A stretch of DNA of 64,000 bases from Heteronotia binoei (GCF_032191835.1 NC_083227.1:39928001-39992000), one strand, 5' to 3'; shown: positions 35,021 through 49,389, counted from the stretch's first letter. A program made the numbers and translations. Notes: a model not told the origin generated them from the letters alone.

Positions 35021-38000
35021 TGTTGTGTATGTGTCGGGCTCATTGAAGCCATACCGACTGAGCTTGGGGACTTGGGAACAAAGGGCTGCAGGATCCAAAT
35101 CTCTGCATCCCTAGACCAATCACAAGCCCCCACCGGTTTGAATGACCCAATGATGTGCTAGCGCAGGAATCCAGAGATGTATATGTTGGGCCAGAAGGCC
35201 CCCATCCCCAGTCTTGTAATGTAGCCCTATCCTATATCAAGTCTATTAAAGAGCTGGTGATCACTCAGCTGGCGACTCCTCCATGCATAGAACTCACTAT
35301 ATTATAGTGGCAATGAGTTTGGGATTCGGATGAGTGAGGCCCAGGACCAACTGGCATCGCCAAACGTGCAGAGCTCCAGTGCTACCACGGAACAGGCACC
35401 ACCACCTGGCCTGACCATGGCCACCACGTCCAGATCACAAAACTCCATTCCAGAGTTCGACATAGCACAGGCCAAGGCCTGGGAAGCCTGGGTCAAAAGA
35501 CTCAAGTATCACCTTGTGGCGCAATGAATCAAGGACGACGAACTAGAAATCAAAAAGGCCATCCTGCTGAGCAACTGCGGGATCGCAATCTTACAACTCG
35601 TGGAGGGCCTGGTTGCACCAGGGATGCTCAAAGCATCTTCCTTCAACGAGATCATCAAGGCACTGACTGGCCATTTCGTCTGAAGCCTACCCACCTCACC
35701 TGGTGGCTACAGTTCCTCGACAGATTCCAGGAACCAAATGAGATAGCTGCAACCTTCCTAGCCCGCCTGCGGGACATGGGAAGGAAGGCGGACTACGGCG
35801 CACAACTTGAAGAAGCCCTGATCGCAAAGTTCACTCATGGCCTCCAGGACTCAAAGGCATGTAGGAAAATTGCTATGGAGGATGATCCCACCCTGGCGAA
35901 GGACCTACAGATAGCCACTGCTGCCAAGGATGTGAGTAAGGAGAAGGCCTGCTGCCCGAGCATCAGTGCTCACCAGCTGTGACCGGCCACAGAGTCGGAA
36001 GACTCCAACGGGGACAACGCCCTGAAGCTGCACCAGGCAACTCAACAAAAGCCACAAGCACGGGTGACAGAAACAACCACCCCCAAGACCTGCTCCAGCT
36101 GCGGGGAGCCGCACAAGTGATGCACTTGCAGGTTCCAGAGCACAACCTGCCACACGTGTGGAAAGGCCGGGCATCTGGCCTGGGTCTGCTGATTGTAGGC
36201 GCAGTGGCAAGGCAAACCTCCATGCCAACAAGATGGCCGCTGCCACAAAGTTGCACTCGTGAACGACATCCAGGCACTCTCCATGAAGGGGACCCAGGTA
36301 TGCCAACTGCCCCTTTCATCCCCCGATATGTACCACGTGACTGTGTTCATTGATGGCAAGCCCTGCAAAATGGAAGTAGACTCGGGGGCGGGCCAGACGG
36401 TCATTTCAGCCTGCACATTTATGGGGTTATGCCTAGGGGGAGAGGCCCAACTACAACCATCCCCATTCATAGTCCACGATTTTCAAAAGTGGGAGGTTGC
36501 AATTCTGGGAGTGCCTGGTCCAGGTTACATATGGGAGGTTCAAGGGCAAGCTTTCCCTAATCGTAGCAGAAGGTGACCCGAGTTCTGGACTGGGTGTGGA
36601 GGGGGTGACCGGAAGGCAGGGTGAGTTCGGAATTCTTGTTATTTGCATCCCACAGGGACGAACTGTGCATAAAGGGTGTCTGTTGTGGGGAAGTAGGGTG
36701 GTGGTGTTCTGGTACTGCGGCAGCGAGTCCTAACAGCCCTGCACGAGACCCACCCGGGAATTGAGCGCATGAAGGCGCTAGCCCGCAGCTATGTGTGATG
36801 GCCCAGGATAGACAAAGCAATTGAATCCTGGGTGGCCAGATGTCAGCCATGCCAGGAGATCCGACCAGCGCTGGCCCACGCCCCAGCACAACATTGGGAG
36901 TCCACTCACAACCCTGGTCCCGTTTGCACCTCAGTTTTGCAGGGCCATTCCAGGGGCAGGTATTCTTCATTATTGTGGACCCCTACTCTAAGTGGATGGA
37001 GATAGTTCCAGTAGCATCCACATCCATGCGGGCAGTGCTAGGGGCCTTCCGCAGGGTTTTCGCCACACATGGCCTCCCGGATTCATTGGTATCGGATAAT
37101 GGGACAGCTTTCACCTTGGCTGAGTTCCAGGATTTCTGTGGCTGGAACTTAATAAAGCACATACGGTCAGCCCCTTTTCATCCCACCACCAATGGCCAAG
37201 AAGAGAGGATGGTGCGGGTTACGAAGGAAACGCTCCGCCGCATCATACATGGAGAGTGGGAAACCCGCTTAGCTGAGTGCCAGCACCGTCACCGGCCACA
37301 GCCCAGCCGAGCTGCTCATGGGTTGGCAGCTGACTACCCTTCTTGACCACATGCACCCAGACTGAGCTCCCGACCTACAAGCGGTGCCAGATGTGGTCTA
37401 GGAGCCCTGGGGGTTTGACACAGGGGACTTAGTGTTTGCTAAAAACTTTGGGGGTGGGCCAGCATGGATACTAGCACGGGTTTCCAGAGTATTGGGTGCC
37501 ATCATGTACAAGGTTACATCCGAGGGGGGAGGGATCATGATGAGGCGGCACATCGACCAATTACGGGCACGCGAGTCGCCTGGAGGGGAGGGGGACAAGA
37601 GCATCACAAATCTGACAGCCACGCCAGACACCGCATCGTATGAGCCGGAGGAAGCAGAAAGACCAGCAGCAACACCCCTGCTGGCACTCGAGACAGCAGA
37701 GCAGCCAGGACTACCACAAAACAAGAGACCGCGGTGAACCCAGCTCCACCAGCCGAGATCCTATCTGTGCCAAGCCCTATGCCCAGGGCACCAGAAGCTG
37801 CCGCCACATCCCTGCCCACACCAGCTCTCAGACAGTCGACACGAGAGCATTGCAAGCCTGCATACCTAAAAGGCTATGTCCACTAGGGGGCTTGCGAACT
37901 AAGGGGGGAGGGATGTTATGTATGTGGACTCAAGTGACGACTTTGGGTGTGCCTGCCAGGCTCATTGGAGCCATATGGACTGAGCTTGGGGACTTGGGAA

Positions 38001-38230
38001 CAAAGGGCTGCAGGATCCAAATCTCTGCGGTCCTAGACCTATCACAAGCCCCCACTGGTTTGAATGATCCAATGATGTGCCAGCACGGAAATCCAGAGAT
38101 GTATATCAGTTGGGCCAGTAGGCCCCCATCCCCAGTCTTGTAATATAGCCCTATCCTATATCATGTCTATTAAAGAGCTTGTGATCACTCAACTGGCGAC
38201 TCCTCCATGTATAGAAACCACTATATTATA
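35021..38230 (+). mobile_element. Gypsy (Mag-like) LTR retrotransposon, internally deleted and decayed
   Basis: LTRs 35021-35306 and 37914-38230; PBS-like tggcaatgag after the 5' LTR; PPT aaggggggaggga; TSD tgctc/cgctc; gag CCHC knuckles, protease EVDSGA, integrase HPGIERMKALARSYV and VSDNGTAFT; stops and frameshifts throughout. Confidence 0.92.
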
Positions 38231-39169
38231 CGCTCCCCCCCCCCCGTAAGCACCAAGAATAAAGGGTACCATGTGCCCTAGACGGAGAGTTCCATCTACA
38301 CCATGTGCCCTAGATAGAGAGTTCCATCTATATAATTGATGGACCTCTGCTTCATATATTTATCCAATCCCCTCTTATTTATACCTCACGTTCCCAAATT
38401 CATCACTCAAACCAGTTTACATCAAAATTCTCTAAAATAAATTCAGTAATCAGCAAGCATCATGTATGAACCAGAAAGCACCACACTAATAAAAACATAG
38501 GTCAGTCATAGCTACAGTAAGGAAACAGAACAAAATTAATCAAACCAAACCTGGAAAAACATAACCAGAAGAAGAGTTATATGAATAAAAGCCCAACCGT
38601 GATGGCAATTCTGAGGATTTTCATTCATTAGATTTGGCTTGCACAGGATTGGCTCACACTGTCTCTGCTATGCCATTGGCTGATTCTGCTCTCCCCTGCC
38701 CACTGACAGCCCCATCAGGCAAGAACCCCAGCAGAAGGCTACTGTCCTTCGACAGAGACAGTTCTCTGCTGACAGGAAGCTGACAGGAAGCTTACTGAGC
38801 AGGACTGCTTCTCCTCAGACCCTGTTGTAGGAAATCCAGGACAGTTCGTCTGAGAGTAGGCAAGGAGGTGTGAGGGTGTAAAACGGGAAATATTTGTGGT
38901 GCCTGGCCCCTAACCCGCTCCCACCCAGCTACGGGCCTGTGTTCATGAGAAAACAGTAGGGTTCCTTCTCTTCAACTGAGGCAAAAGGAATGTTCATTCA
39001 CAGCAGGGAGGGGCCCTTTCCAGCTGCCAATACTCTTCACTCTTTCTATTCCAGTTAGGCTACAATGGGCTCATATGACAGAATGGACTCTGAGGGAGAG
39101 GCTTTTCCTCCTGGAGAACCACTGCTGCCATTCTTCAGGTGAGCAAAATCAAAAAAATACCGAGACCAA

Positions 39170-41630
39170 ATAATGAATACAAATAACTCTATTCTTATAA
39201 ATAACTTGTTATATAAATATTTCTACATCACATCATTGGCGTTAGTAATACATGACTCAAAACAACCACTGAGCACAAGACAAATTTCTCAAAGCAAACA
39301 CTTATACAATAAAGTGCTGAGTGCAAAAAGGTGCTTGTATAATAATAATTTTAGAAAGTTCATTCCCAGAAGACTCCATAGGTCTACCTCCTATGGAGCC
39401 TGAAGCCGGCTGACACTTGCCACGCCATTTCAATTTCTTTGTCAAAGAGGAGAATGTGAAGTTCTTCCAAAATTGCTATATAAAATGCAACATTAATGCA
39501 CATATTACAGTTATAATAAACTCCATAGTCTTTCAAATTTTCAGTATGCACAAACTTGAATTAACTCACCAATAAATAAATTATTCAGAAGCACATACAA
39601 GCACACTCAGCTCCTTTCAAGGGTGTTTTACCGCAGCTGTCTCTAAGCCATGAGCTCAGTATTTAAAGATACAGTACTCAATTTATAAATTATACACAGC
39701 TGTTCCTCAGAATATTCTCAAAAGCTAGGAAACCACCTAAATACCCCAATGTACATGCTTTAAACAGAAACAACATAATTAATTTATTACTGTTTACAAA
39801 AAAACCAGGAAAAATCAATATTGTTGTTTGAACCATTGGGTGCAAGTGATTTTAAACAAAAAATCCAGAATGTTTCTTCCCTCAATAAACATTTCTTAGC
39901 AAACTCATTGTGAGGATCTTTGTGTTTGTATAATACAATAAATTGCATATCATCAATATGATGATTAGCCTCCAAAAAATGAATTGTGAGGGGGACTTTT
40001 AAATTTTTCATTTTAATTCTTGAGCAGTGTTCTGTCAGTTGAACACAAATGGGATGGGTTGTGTTTCCCACATAAATCCTGCCACAGCCACACTGGATGG
40101 CGTACACGACAAAGGAGGAGTTGCAATTACTAAAATGATGTAATGTAATAGTTAATCCAGTTCTAGGAGGTGTAAAAACCTTGGTTTGCAAAGCTAAATT
40201 ACACAGCTGAGTTTCCGCACCTGTAATGTCCCTGTGGACCAATAGGTGGCATCAAAGTTTTAGGCATATCTGAATGCACTAACGTATTTCTGAACGCTGT
40301 AGTGCAAACAGAGGATTCAAACACCCAGGTACCTCCGATAATAAATGCCAATGTCGATCCACAGTTTTCCGAATTGCTAAAGCATTCAGAGTATAATCCA
40401 AAGTATAAAAAATATTGTCACGTTTCACTCTAGTTGGCAGTTTTAGCAACGACCCCCTATCCATCGAATCTGCTTTTCTAGCAGCTCTAGCAACAATATT
40501 TCCTAGAAAACCCCTTTGCAAAAAATTGTTACTTAAAAGATTACAATGTTCCTTATAGTCTACTTCCTTTGTGGCATTCCTTTTTAATCTCAGAAATTGT
40601 GAATAAGGTAAATTGGTTTTTAAATGCTGCGGATGAAATGAAGAATAAAACAAATATGAAACCCGGTCTGTGTCCTTGGAATAAGGTTTAACCACAACTG
40701 TATGCTGTTCACTTTGGTACACAGTCATGTCTAAAAAAGGGACCAAATTTAAATCAGATATTCCCGTAAATTTGATAGTTGTGTGTATGTCATTCAGCCA
40801 GCTCAAAAAAGGTGTCATTCCGGAATTATCTCGTAAAATTATGAACAGATCATCAATATACTGATAATAGGTAATGAGGATTGGTCTGCTCATTACAAAT
40901 CCAATCCTCTTCCAATTTTGCCATAAAAAGGTTAGCTATGCTTGGAGCCATACTTGAGCCCATTGAAATACCTCCAATCTGGTAGAAAAAATCTTCCTGA
41001 AATCTAAATTTTTTTTTTTCAAAAACTATATCAATAAATTGTAACAGAAAAAAAGTAGGGGGATTATGGTTTGAGCATTTCTCAAGCACAGCTTCTAAAA
41101 CCAAACGTGCTTCCTCCAGCAGAATGTTGGTATACAAGGAGGAAACATCAAAAGTACACAACACAGCATTCTCAGGTAACAATTTGCCTTCTAATTTTTT
41201 TATGAAGTTGCAACTATTCCTAATATAGGATGGTATTTCTAAGAAAATGGTTGCAGAAATGAGTCCACAAACTTAGAAAGGGGTTCTAAAAGAGAATTGG
41301 ACCCCAACACAATAGGTCAGCCCGGGGACGGGAACCCTGGCTTAGGAATTTCAGGTAAACAATATAACACTGGAGTTCTGGGATTTTTATTTAATAAAAA
41401 CGCCTTTGTTTTTTCATCAATGATATATAAAACTTCAGCTTCCGTAAGAGTCACCTGGAGGTGATTTTAAAGACATGTTCAGACGGGTCTTCCCGTATTT
41501 GTTTGTAGATGTCAGAATCTGCCAGCTGTCCTCTTATTTCCCCTATATAGTCATTAATATCCTGTACCACTATTGCCCCTCCCTTGTCAGCAGGTTTGAT
41601 AGTGATTTTCTTGGAGCTTCCGGGGATCGG
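39170..41630 (-). mobile_element. Penelope-like element, RT plus GIY-YIG endonuclease and 3' end (Neptune-like)
   Basis: ITIKPADKGG, FDVSSLYTNI, GISMGSSMAPSIANLFM, YIDDLF, SSFHP, and VVYAIQCGCGRIYVG...H...E...WI endonuclease; frameshifted. Confidence 0.92.
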
Positions 41631-44600
41631 AAATGGTGAGCTGAAGTGCCTTCCTTAATGAGGGCAGGCTGGCACATCTGTTCAGGGTAGTAAAAGGCAA
41701 ATCAATGCCTTCTGCCTACTTTTCTCAGTCAGAGAAAAGTCCAAGACTAGCATAGAAGTTTTTAGAAGATTTACCTTGGCTGAAAAAGAGTCCTGGAGAG
41801 GGTTCTTTTGAAGCTTTGAGGGGTCTTCAGTGATAAGCTGCTTTTCCAAGCGTCTGCAGAAGTGTCCAGAGTCATTTATTTGGCATAAGCTTGGCAGGAT
41901 CCAAACCCTCTTTGACAACTATAAACATCTAAACTTCAAAAGGCTGGTGCGGATCAGAGTAAGCTACAAAATGAAGGTACTGATCACTATCTATTCACTC
42001 CAGAGCTAATTAAAGCTGATTAAAAGGAAGAAAAAGGTGGGAGTTGTAAAGACTGTAAGTTTAAAAGGAGTAGAACAGAAGGGGTGAAATGTGAACTTTG
42101 TAAAACTGGAAGAGAGAGTGGAAATGAGAAAGGAATTTTTTGTTTAGTCTATCGGTGGTCACTGAAGCTGTGCCAGATCCATGGAGCTGCAAAACACCCA
42201 ATTATCACAGGAAGTACATCAGACATCATGAGAACTTCTTACCAGTGAAACAGGAGTTGGTGGCCAGATAAGCAGGAAGTATTGGAGGAAGAAGAAGGGA
42301 ACTATAGACTCTTTTTAAAAGCCTACTTTAGGATTTAATGCCATAAAGAAACATCGGTGGACATTGCTGGGAGGACTAAATTTCAATTAAGTTTTTAAAG
42401 TGATAGGAGCATTACAAATAGTAGGAACTGGTGGAGTGGACATTCTAAAACATTGCAAGTTAGACTGGCAGAGAGAGCTGGAAATACTCAAAGGAGAAGA
42501 AGTAATTTTTTAAAGGGAAGTAAAAGTCACAATTGTCTTTTTGGGAAGAATAAAAATTTTAAAAATTAATATCTGAGCCTGGGAGGCTTGTAGAATGGTG
42601 AAACTGGGCTTATAGAGCACACTCTATTGTATTGAGTTTGATGGTTCAGGAGTAAATTGGGGCGGTAAAAAAAATTTTTTGAGTTTTTTTTCATGTCAGA
42701 GCCAAGATTAACAGGTGCTGCTTCAACAGAGAAAATGCAGGCTCAGTTAGAGGCGATGGAAGCCAGGATAATGAAGGTGATTAATGCTTCTAAAAAAGAA
42801 ATAAGGAAAGATATTGAGGACTCTAAACAAGAATTAAAAAAAAGAAATGGAGAGTATTAGAAATGAGACTGTGGCAATAACAAAAACTGTGCATGACGTT
42901 GAGGAGAAAGTGAAAATACATGATTCCACCTTGCTAAAACTACAAGAAAAGGTGATTATGCATGACTGCAGATTGATGGAGACACAGATTCATTTGAGAG
43001 GTGTACCTGAAGATGAAGAAAATGACCTAAAAGGATATATAATAAGAATAATTGCAGAATTCTTGGAGGAGGATCCCAAAGAAAATAGAAATATGTATGA
43101 CTCTATGTATAGAGTAAATTCACTCTATGCAAAAAAGAATCTGCCAAGAGATGTGGTTATAAGGTTCAATACAAGAGAAATGGTGGGGAGGATTTTGAAT
43201 AAAAGTTATCGGAAAAATTTGATTGTAGGAGGTAGCAGAGTCAGACAGATGAAAGAACTACCAAGACAAGTTCTGACTGCAAGGGAGGAATACAAAAAAT
43301 TAACAGAAAAACTGCGTGACAAGGGAATGAGATATAAATGGATAATACCTGAAGGCTTGAGCTCTGAACTTCAAGGGAAAAGATTCACAATTACAAGTAC
43401 AGAAGAACTGCATAAATTTTGTAGAGAGAATAAGGAATTTGCACCATGATGGATTATAAATTGATTTCTTGGAATGTAAAGGGACTAAATTCACCACAAA
43501 AAAGAAGGGCAACGTTTCATTGGCTTAAAAAACAAAATTGTAACATAGTTTGTTTACAAGAAGTGCATATTAGACAAAAGGATTACAAATTTTATGGAAT
43601 AAACAATTGGGACTAGAATTTTGTGCATTGGCTGAGCAGAAGAGAAGTGTAATTTTTTTATATTAAACAAGAATTAGAACCGAAATTGGTATTTAAAGAC
43701 AAAGATGGAAGATATATAGCGGTGGAAATTACATTGAACACTAAAAAAACTTTATTGTTAGGAATATATGCTCCAAATGGGGCTAAAGACATTTTTTAAA
43801 AACATATTTTACAACATCTTGATGAAGTGACCTATGAGCAAATATTGATGATGGGGGATGATGGGGGACTTTAATGGAACAATCCAGAACTCATTAGATA
43901 GATCTCGGAAGAAGAACAACAATAAAGAAGGAAAATTGCCAAAATCGTTTTTTGAACTGATAAAACAAGAAAACTTAGAAGATATATGGAGGAAGTTCAA
44001 TCCAGTTGTAAGAGACTATACCTTCTTTTCTGCAAGACATAATACTTTTTCCAGAATTGATATCATATGGGGCACTAAAGACTTAAGCCTTATAACAAAG
44101 AAAATAGAGATCTTGCCGAAGGTAGGTGCAGATCACAACCCAATATTGTGGATTACAAAACTGTCTAGAAAACTAAGAAGATGGAGATTAAATGAAGACT
44201 TACTACAAAATAAAGAGACAGTGACATCTCTGGAAAATGAAACTAAAGCTTTCTTTCAAATAAATGATAAGGGTGATATAGCTTTCCAGACTGTGTGGGA
44301 TACGTACAAAGCTGTAATGAGAGGGATACTGATTACATTAAATAATAAGGATAAAAAACAAGAAGAAAAGCAGATGTTGGACATTCAAAATGAAATAAAG
44401 AAAAAAGAAGGGGAACTGAGGAAAGACCAGGGAAAAAGAAAATTATAAGAGAGATTGCAATATTACAAGCACAAATGAGACATCTGTTAAACAAGGAGTT
44501 GGAATGGAATTTGAAAAAACTACAACAGAAATCCTTTGAAGGTGCGAATAAACCTGGAAAATTTTTAGCTTGGCAACTGAAGAAAAAGAGAGAAAGTAAA

Positions 44601-45891
44601 ATAATTAATAAAATCGTAGTGGAAGGAGGAGATAAAGTAGATCAAGAAGGAATAGAGAGAATTTTTCAAATCTTATGCCAAACTATTTAAGGGTGTGAAT
44701 GTAGATAAAGGAAAGTTGGAAGCATATTTGCAAAAGGTCAAAATTGCACCCTTAACGGAATACATGAAGAAAATTTTGAATGATCCAATTGAACAGATAG
44801 AAATAGAGGCAGCGATTAATGCAATGAAAATTGGGAAAGCACCGGGGCCAGATGGATATATAGCAAAAAAATTTAAAACCTTTAAAATAGAATTAGTACC
44901 GAGACTTCAAAATATGATGACTATGATAAGAACGGAAGGGAAAATACCAAATACATGGAAGGAAGCTGTGATTTCGTTGATTCCTAAAGAAGACAGAGAT
45001 GTCACGAATGTAAAGAATTATAGACCAATTTCATTACTAAATAATGATTATAAGATATATACAAGAATTTTAGCAGAAAGACAGATTAACTTTATAAAAG
45101 AAGACCAAACAGGATTTCTCCCTAAAAGGCAAATTAGAGACAATATTAGAACTGTTGTAAATGTTGTAGAATATTATGAGAGATGTCCAGAGAAAGAAGT
45201 TGCATTATTCTTTGTGGATGCAGAGAAAGCCTTTGATAATTTGAACTGGGACTTTATGTTTGCAGTAATGGAGAAAATAAAATTAGGGGAAGACTTCATA
45301 AGAATGATAAAAGCAATATATACTGAGCAACATGCGAGATTATGTGTAAATGCAGATCTTACAGATGAAATGACAATTAGCAAAGGTAGAAGACAAGGGT
45401 GTCCGTTGTCGCCATTGCTGTTTATAATGACTCTTGAAATTCTTTTGATGCAAATACAAGATGATAAAAAGATAGAAGGACTGAGAATTAAAGGACTTTC
45501 TTATAAATACAGAGCATTTGCAGATGATATTATGTTTATAAATGAAAATCCTTTGCAAGTAACACCTTTGTTGCTAGATAAAATACAAGAATATGGAGAA
45601 CTGGCGGGACTTTATATTAATAAAGAGAAATCAAAGCTTCTATGTAAAAATATGCCAGTGAACAAACAAAAGGAGCTGCAGAAATTAACTGGATGTGAAA
45701 TAACCCATAAAGTAAAATATTTGGGGGTAGAAATTACAATGAAAAATATTGATCTGTTCAAAAACAATTATGAGAAGCTGTGGCGTAAAATGGATGAGGA
45801 CATGATAAAATGGAATAAACTTAATTTGTCATTGCTTGGAAGAATAGCTGCAATTAAGATGAATATTTTGCCGAGAATAAAGTACTTGTTT

Positions 45892-47065
45892 ATTTATTTA
45901 TTATTTATTACTTTGCATTTATATCCCGCCCTCTCCGCAAGCGGACTCAGGGCGGCTTACAGTATCATAAAAACAATCATTCCATAAAACATATAAAACC
46001 ATAATACATTTATCAGGTTAAAACTATTACGCTATCTCGATCCAGTCTGGCGGTATTGGGTTCAGACTATGACCACCAGCTTCTGTAGGATGTCCGGTGG
46101 CAGCTCATTTTCAGTCAACCAGAAATGCCTGTCTAAACAGTTCGGTCTTACAGGCCCTGCGGAACACCGACAGATCCCGCAGGGCCCTTATAGCTTCTGG
46201 GAGGGTGTTCCAGAGTTCTGGTGCTGCCACCGAGAAGGCCCTAGATCTTGTTGCGCATAGTCTGGCTTCTTTTGGGCCAGGGGCAGACAGCAGATTTTTT
46301 GTCCCTGATCGCAGTGCTCTCTGGGGGATATATGGGGAAAGGCGGTCCCGTAGATAGGCAGGTCCCTGACCATAAAGGGCTTTAAAGGTTAATACCAACA
46401 CCTTGAAGCGAACTCGGAACACAACAGGCAACCAGTGCAGCTCTCTCAGCACTGGCTGAATGTGCCCCCATCGTGGTAGCCCCATTAACAGCCGTGCCGC
46501 AGCGTTCTGCACTAGTTGTAGTCTCCGGGTTAGCGTCAGGGGTAGCCCCATGTAGAGAGCATTACAGTGATCTATTCTTGAGGTGACCGTAGCATGGATT
46601 ACCGTCGCTAGGTCGCTGCGGTCCAGGTAAGGGGCCAGCTGCCGTGCTTGCCGAAGATGGAAAAAGGCAGATCTAACAGTGGCTGCCACCTGAGCCTCCA
46701 TTGTAAGGGAGGACTCAAGGAGCACGCCTAAGCTCTTGACCTTGGGGACCGGTATTAGTGGCACCCCGTCAAGGGCCGGCAGCTGGATCTCTCTCCCCGG
46801 ACCGCCCCGACCCAGGTAGAGAACCTCCGTCTTCGTCGGATTCAATTTCAGCCGACTCAGTCTGAGCCAAGAGGCCACGGCTTGTAATGCCAGGCCTAGA
46901 TTTTCCAGGGTACAGTCAGACTGGCCACCCATCATTAGGTAGAGCTGGGTGTCATCCGCATATTGATGGCAACCCAGTCCATACCTCCTGACAATCTGGG
47001 CAAGGGGGCGCATATAGATATTAAATAACATCAGGGATAGGACCGCTCCCTGCGGCACCCCGCAA
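45892..47065 (-). mobile_element. Young 5'-truncated L2 LINE inserted in L1 ORF2
   Basis: 315-aa open frame (PQGAVLS, HQYADDTQLY, LQLVQNAAARLL, LHWLPV); AT-rich tail; TSD ttgttt (45886-45891, 47066-47071); the L1 frame resumes LPRIKYLF|QTIP. Confidence 0.93.
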
Positions 47066-48482
47066 TTGTTTCAAACTATTCCGATTGTGAAGGATAGTAA
47101 ACAATTTAGTAAATGGCAAAGGAAGATTTCTGAATTTGTATGGGCTGGGAAGAAACCAAGGATCAAAATGAAAGTACTAACGGATGCTAAAGAAAGAGGT
47201 GGTTTTCAACTACCAGACTTAAGACTGTATCATGATGCAGTTTGCTTAGTGTGGATAAAAGATTGGATGACGCTTTTGAATAAAAAACTTATAACGTTGG
47301 AAAGTTATGGAAATAAATTTGGCTGGCACGCGTATATGTATTATGAGAAGAAAAAGTTGGTCTTTTTTCTTACCGTTACATAAGGAACAATTTGTTAAAT
47401 ACTTGAGTGAAATATAAGAGATATGGTGATGAAAGAAAGCCATTATGGATAGTACCAGCAGAAGTGATAAAAAATAACAGTTGAGACGGATGAAGGAAAG
47501 CGGCTGTCGTACAATCAACTATTGAAAATACAAAGTGGCAAAATAGAATTAAAAACTGCTGAAGAGCTGAATAACAAATACGATTGGTTCCAGATGCAGC
47601 AAATAAAAAGTTTGGTGGAAAATGATATCAAAACTGTAGGAATTAGACAAGAACGAACTGAAATGGAGAACGTCTTGCTTGGAGATAATGAAAAATTAAC
47701 CTCAAAAGTATATAAATTATTGTTAAAATGGTCTACAGAAGATGAAGTAGTGAAGTCTCAAATGATTAAATAGGCAGTTAATGTAAATAGAGAAATATAG
47801 ATGGATACTTGGGAATATTTAGGGAAAAACTCTATGAAAATTTCAACATGTCAGAGTATAAAAGAAAATTGTTACAAGATGATGTACAAGTGGTATATGA
47901 CTACTAAAAATTGGCAAAGATGAACAATAAGATGTCAGATAGATGTTGGAAATGTAAAAAACATGAAGGTTCTTTTTACCATATGTGGTGGACTTGTGAA
48001 AGAACAAAACAGTATTGGCAGATGATTCAACAAGAAATTTCTAGGATCTTGGGGTATGAATTCAAGAAAGTGCCAGAGATCTTTCTCTTGGGATTACAAA
48101 TGGAAAAGTTTCCAAAAGAAGATAGAACTATAATATGGTATATGCTCTCAGCTGCTAGGACATTGTATGCGCAGTTGTGGAAGCAAGAAAAAATACCAGA
48201 AAAATGGGATTAGATAGTTAAAGTTATGACATGGAGTGAAATGGACAAATTAACAAGAACTTTAAGAGACTATGATTTGGAGGTTTTAAGATGGAGTGGA
48301 AAAAATTTAGAAGATATGCAGAAAAAGTAAAAGGACATTGGACAATTTTTGATAATGATTAAGTCTTAGAAGAAAGAAGAATATTAATTTTTGGTTTTAG
48401 TAGTTAAGTGTATCTTTAAATGTTAGTAGTTTTTGATAATGATTAAGATTAAGTTTTAGAAGAAGACAGAGTATAAATATTG

Positions 48483-48762
48483 AAGAAGAAGAAGATATTG
48501 GATTTATATCCCGCCCTCCACTCCGAAGAGTCTCAGAGCGGCTCACAATCTCCTTTACCTTCCTCCCCCACAACAAACACCCTGTGAGGTGGGTGGGGCT
48601 GGAGAGGGCTCTCACAGGAGCTGCCCTTTCAAGGACAACTTCTGCCAGAGCTATGGCTGACCCAAGGCCATTCCAGCAGGTGCAAGTGGAGGAGTGGGGA
48701 ATCAAACCCAGTTCTCCCAGATAAGAGTCCACACACTTAACCACTACACCAAACTGGCTCTC
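48483..48762 (-). mobile_element. Squam3-type SINE inside the L1 3' UTR
   Basis: Aligns with 8793-9072. Confidence 0.85.
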
Positions 48763-49034
48763 CAGTTTGGTACTTGATTAGAATAGAGTACCTTTAAATA
48801 TTATTATTTTGAATTATTATCATCAGCGGGAGCCAAGTAATGGGGGGAGGGTAATTAGAAAGTAATATAGGAGATGGTGGTGAAAAATGATTAAGGATGT
48901 AGAAATAGAAATTGTTACCTTATGTTACCAATGTTTATAATTAAGACTGGGGGGGAGGGAGAAGGGTAATGTATGGGGAAGGCATTGGTAACATATGGCA
49001 GTTATATCTAATACTAATAAAATATTAATGATAA

Positions 49035-49385
49035 GAACATAAGAACATAAGAGAAGCCATGTTGGATCAGGCCAACAGCCCATCAAGTCCAACACTCTGT
49101 GTCACACAGTGGCAAAAAATTTTATATACACACATTCACTGTGGCTAATAGCCACTGATGGACCTGTGCTCCATATTTTTATCTAAACCCCTCTTGAAGG
49201 TGGCTATACTTGTGGCAGTGAATTCCACATGTTAATCACCCTTTGGGTGAAGAAGTACTTCCTTTTATCTGTTTTAACCTTTCTGCTCAGCAATTTCATC
49301 GAATGCCCACGAGTTCTTGTATTGTGAGAAAGGGAGAAAAGTACTTCTTTCTCTACTTTCTCCATCCCATGCATTATCTTGTAAA
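49035..49385 (-). mobile_element. CR1 3' fragment
   Basis: Near-identical to 18470-18830, with an 18-bp deletion between tgtggc direct repeats. Confidence 0.9.
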
Positions 49386-49389
49386 TGAT

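Larger units (their letters stand above)
41930..49030 (+). mobile_element. Near full-length L1-clade LINE, decayed
   Basis: ORF1 ~42690-43449 (coiled coil, LRGVPE, RDVVIRF, YKWIIPEG); ORF2 from 43446 (ISWNVKGLN, CLQE, MGDFN, SRID, DHNP; KAPGPDG, YRPISLLN, DAEKAFD, QGCPLSP, FADD; CCHC at ~47940); many frameshifts. 5' boundary approximate. Confidence 0.92.

Noticed and set aside
39370-39445. Hammerhead in the PLE 3' pLTR (minus strand ttgacaa-agaaatt-gaaa) next to a 9-bp hairpin at 39374-39398
   Set aside because: The core deviates from CUGANGA at several positions and stem II does not pair; at best a decayed remnant.
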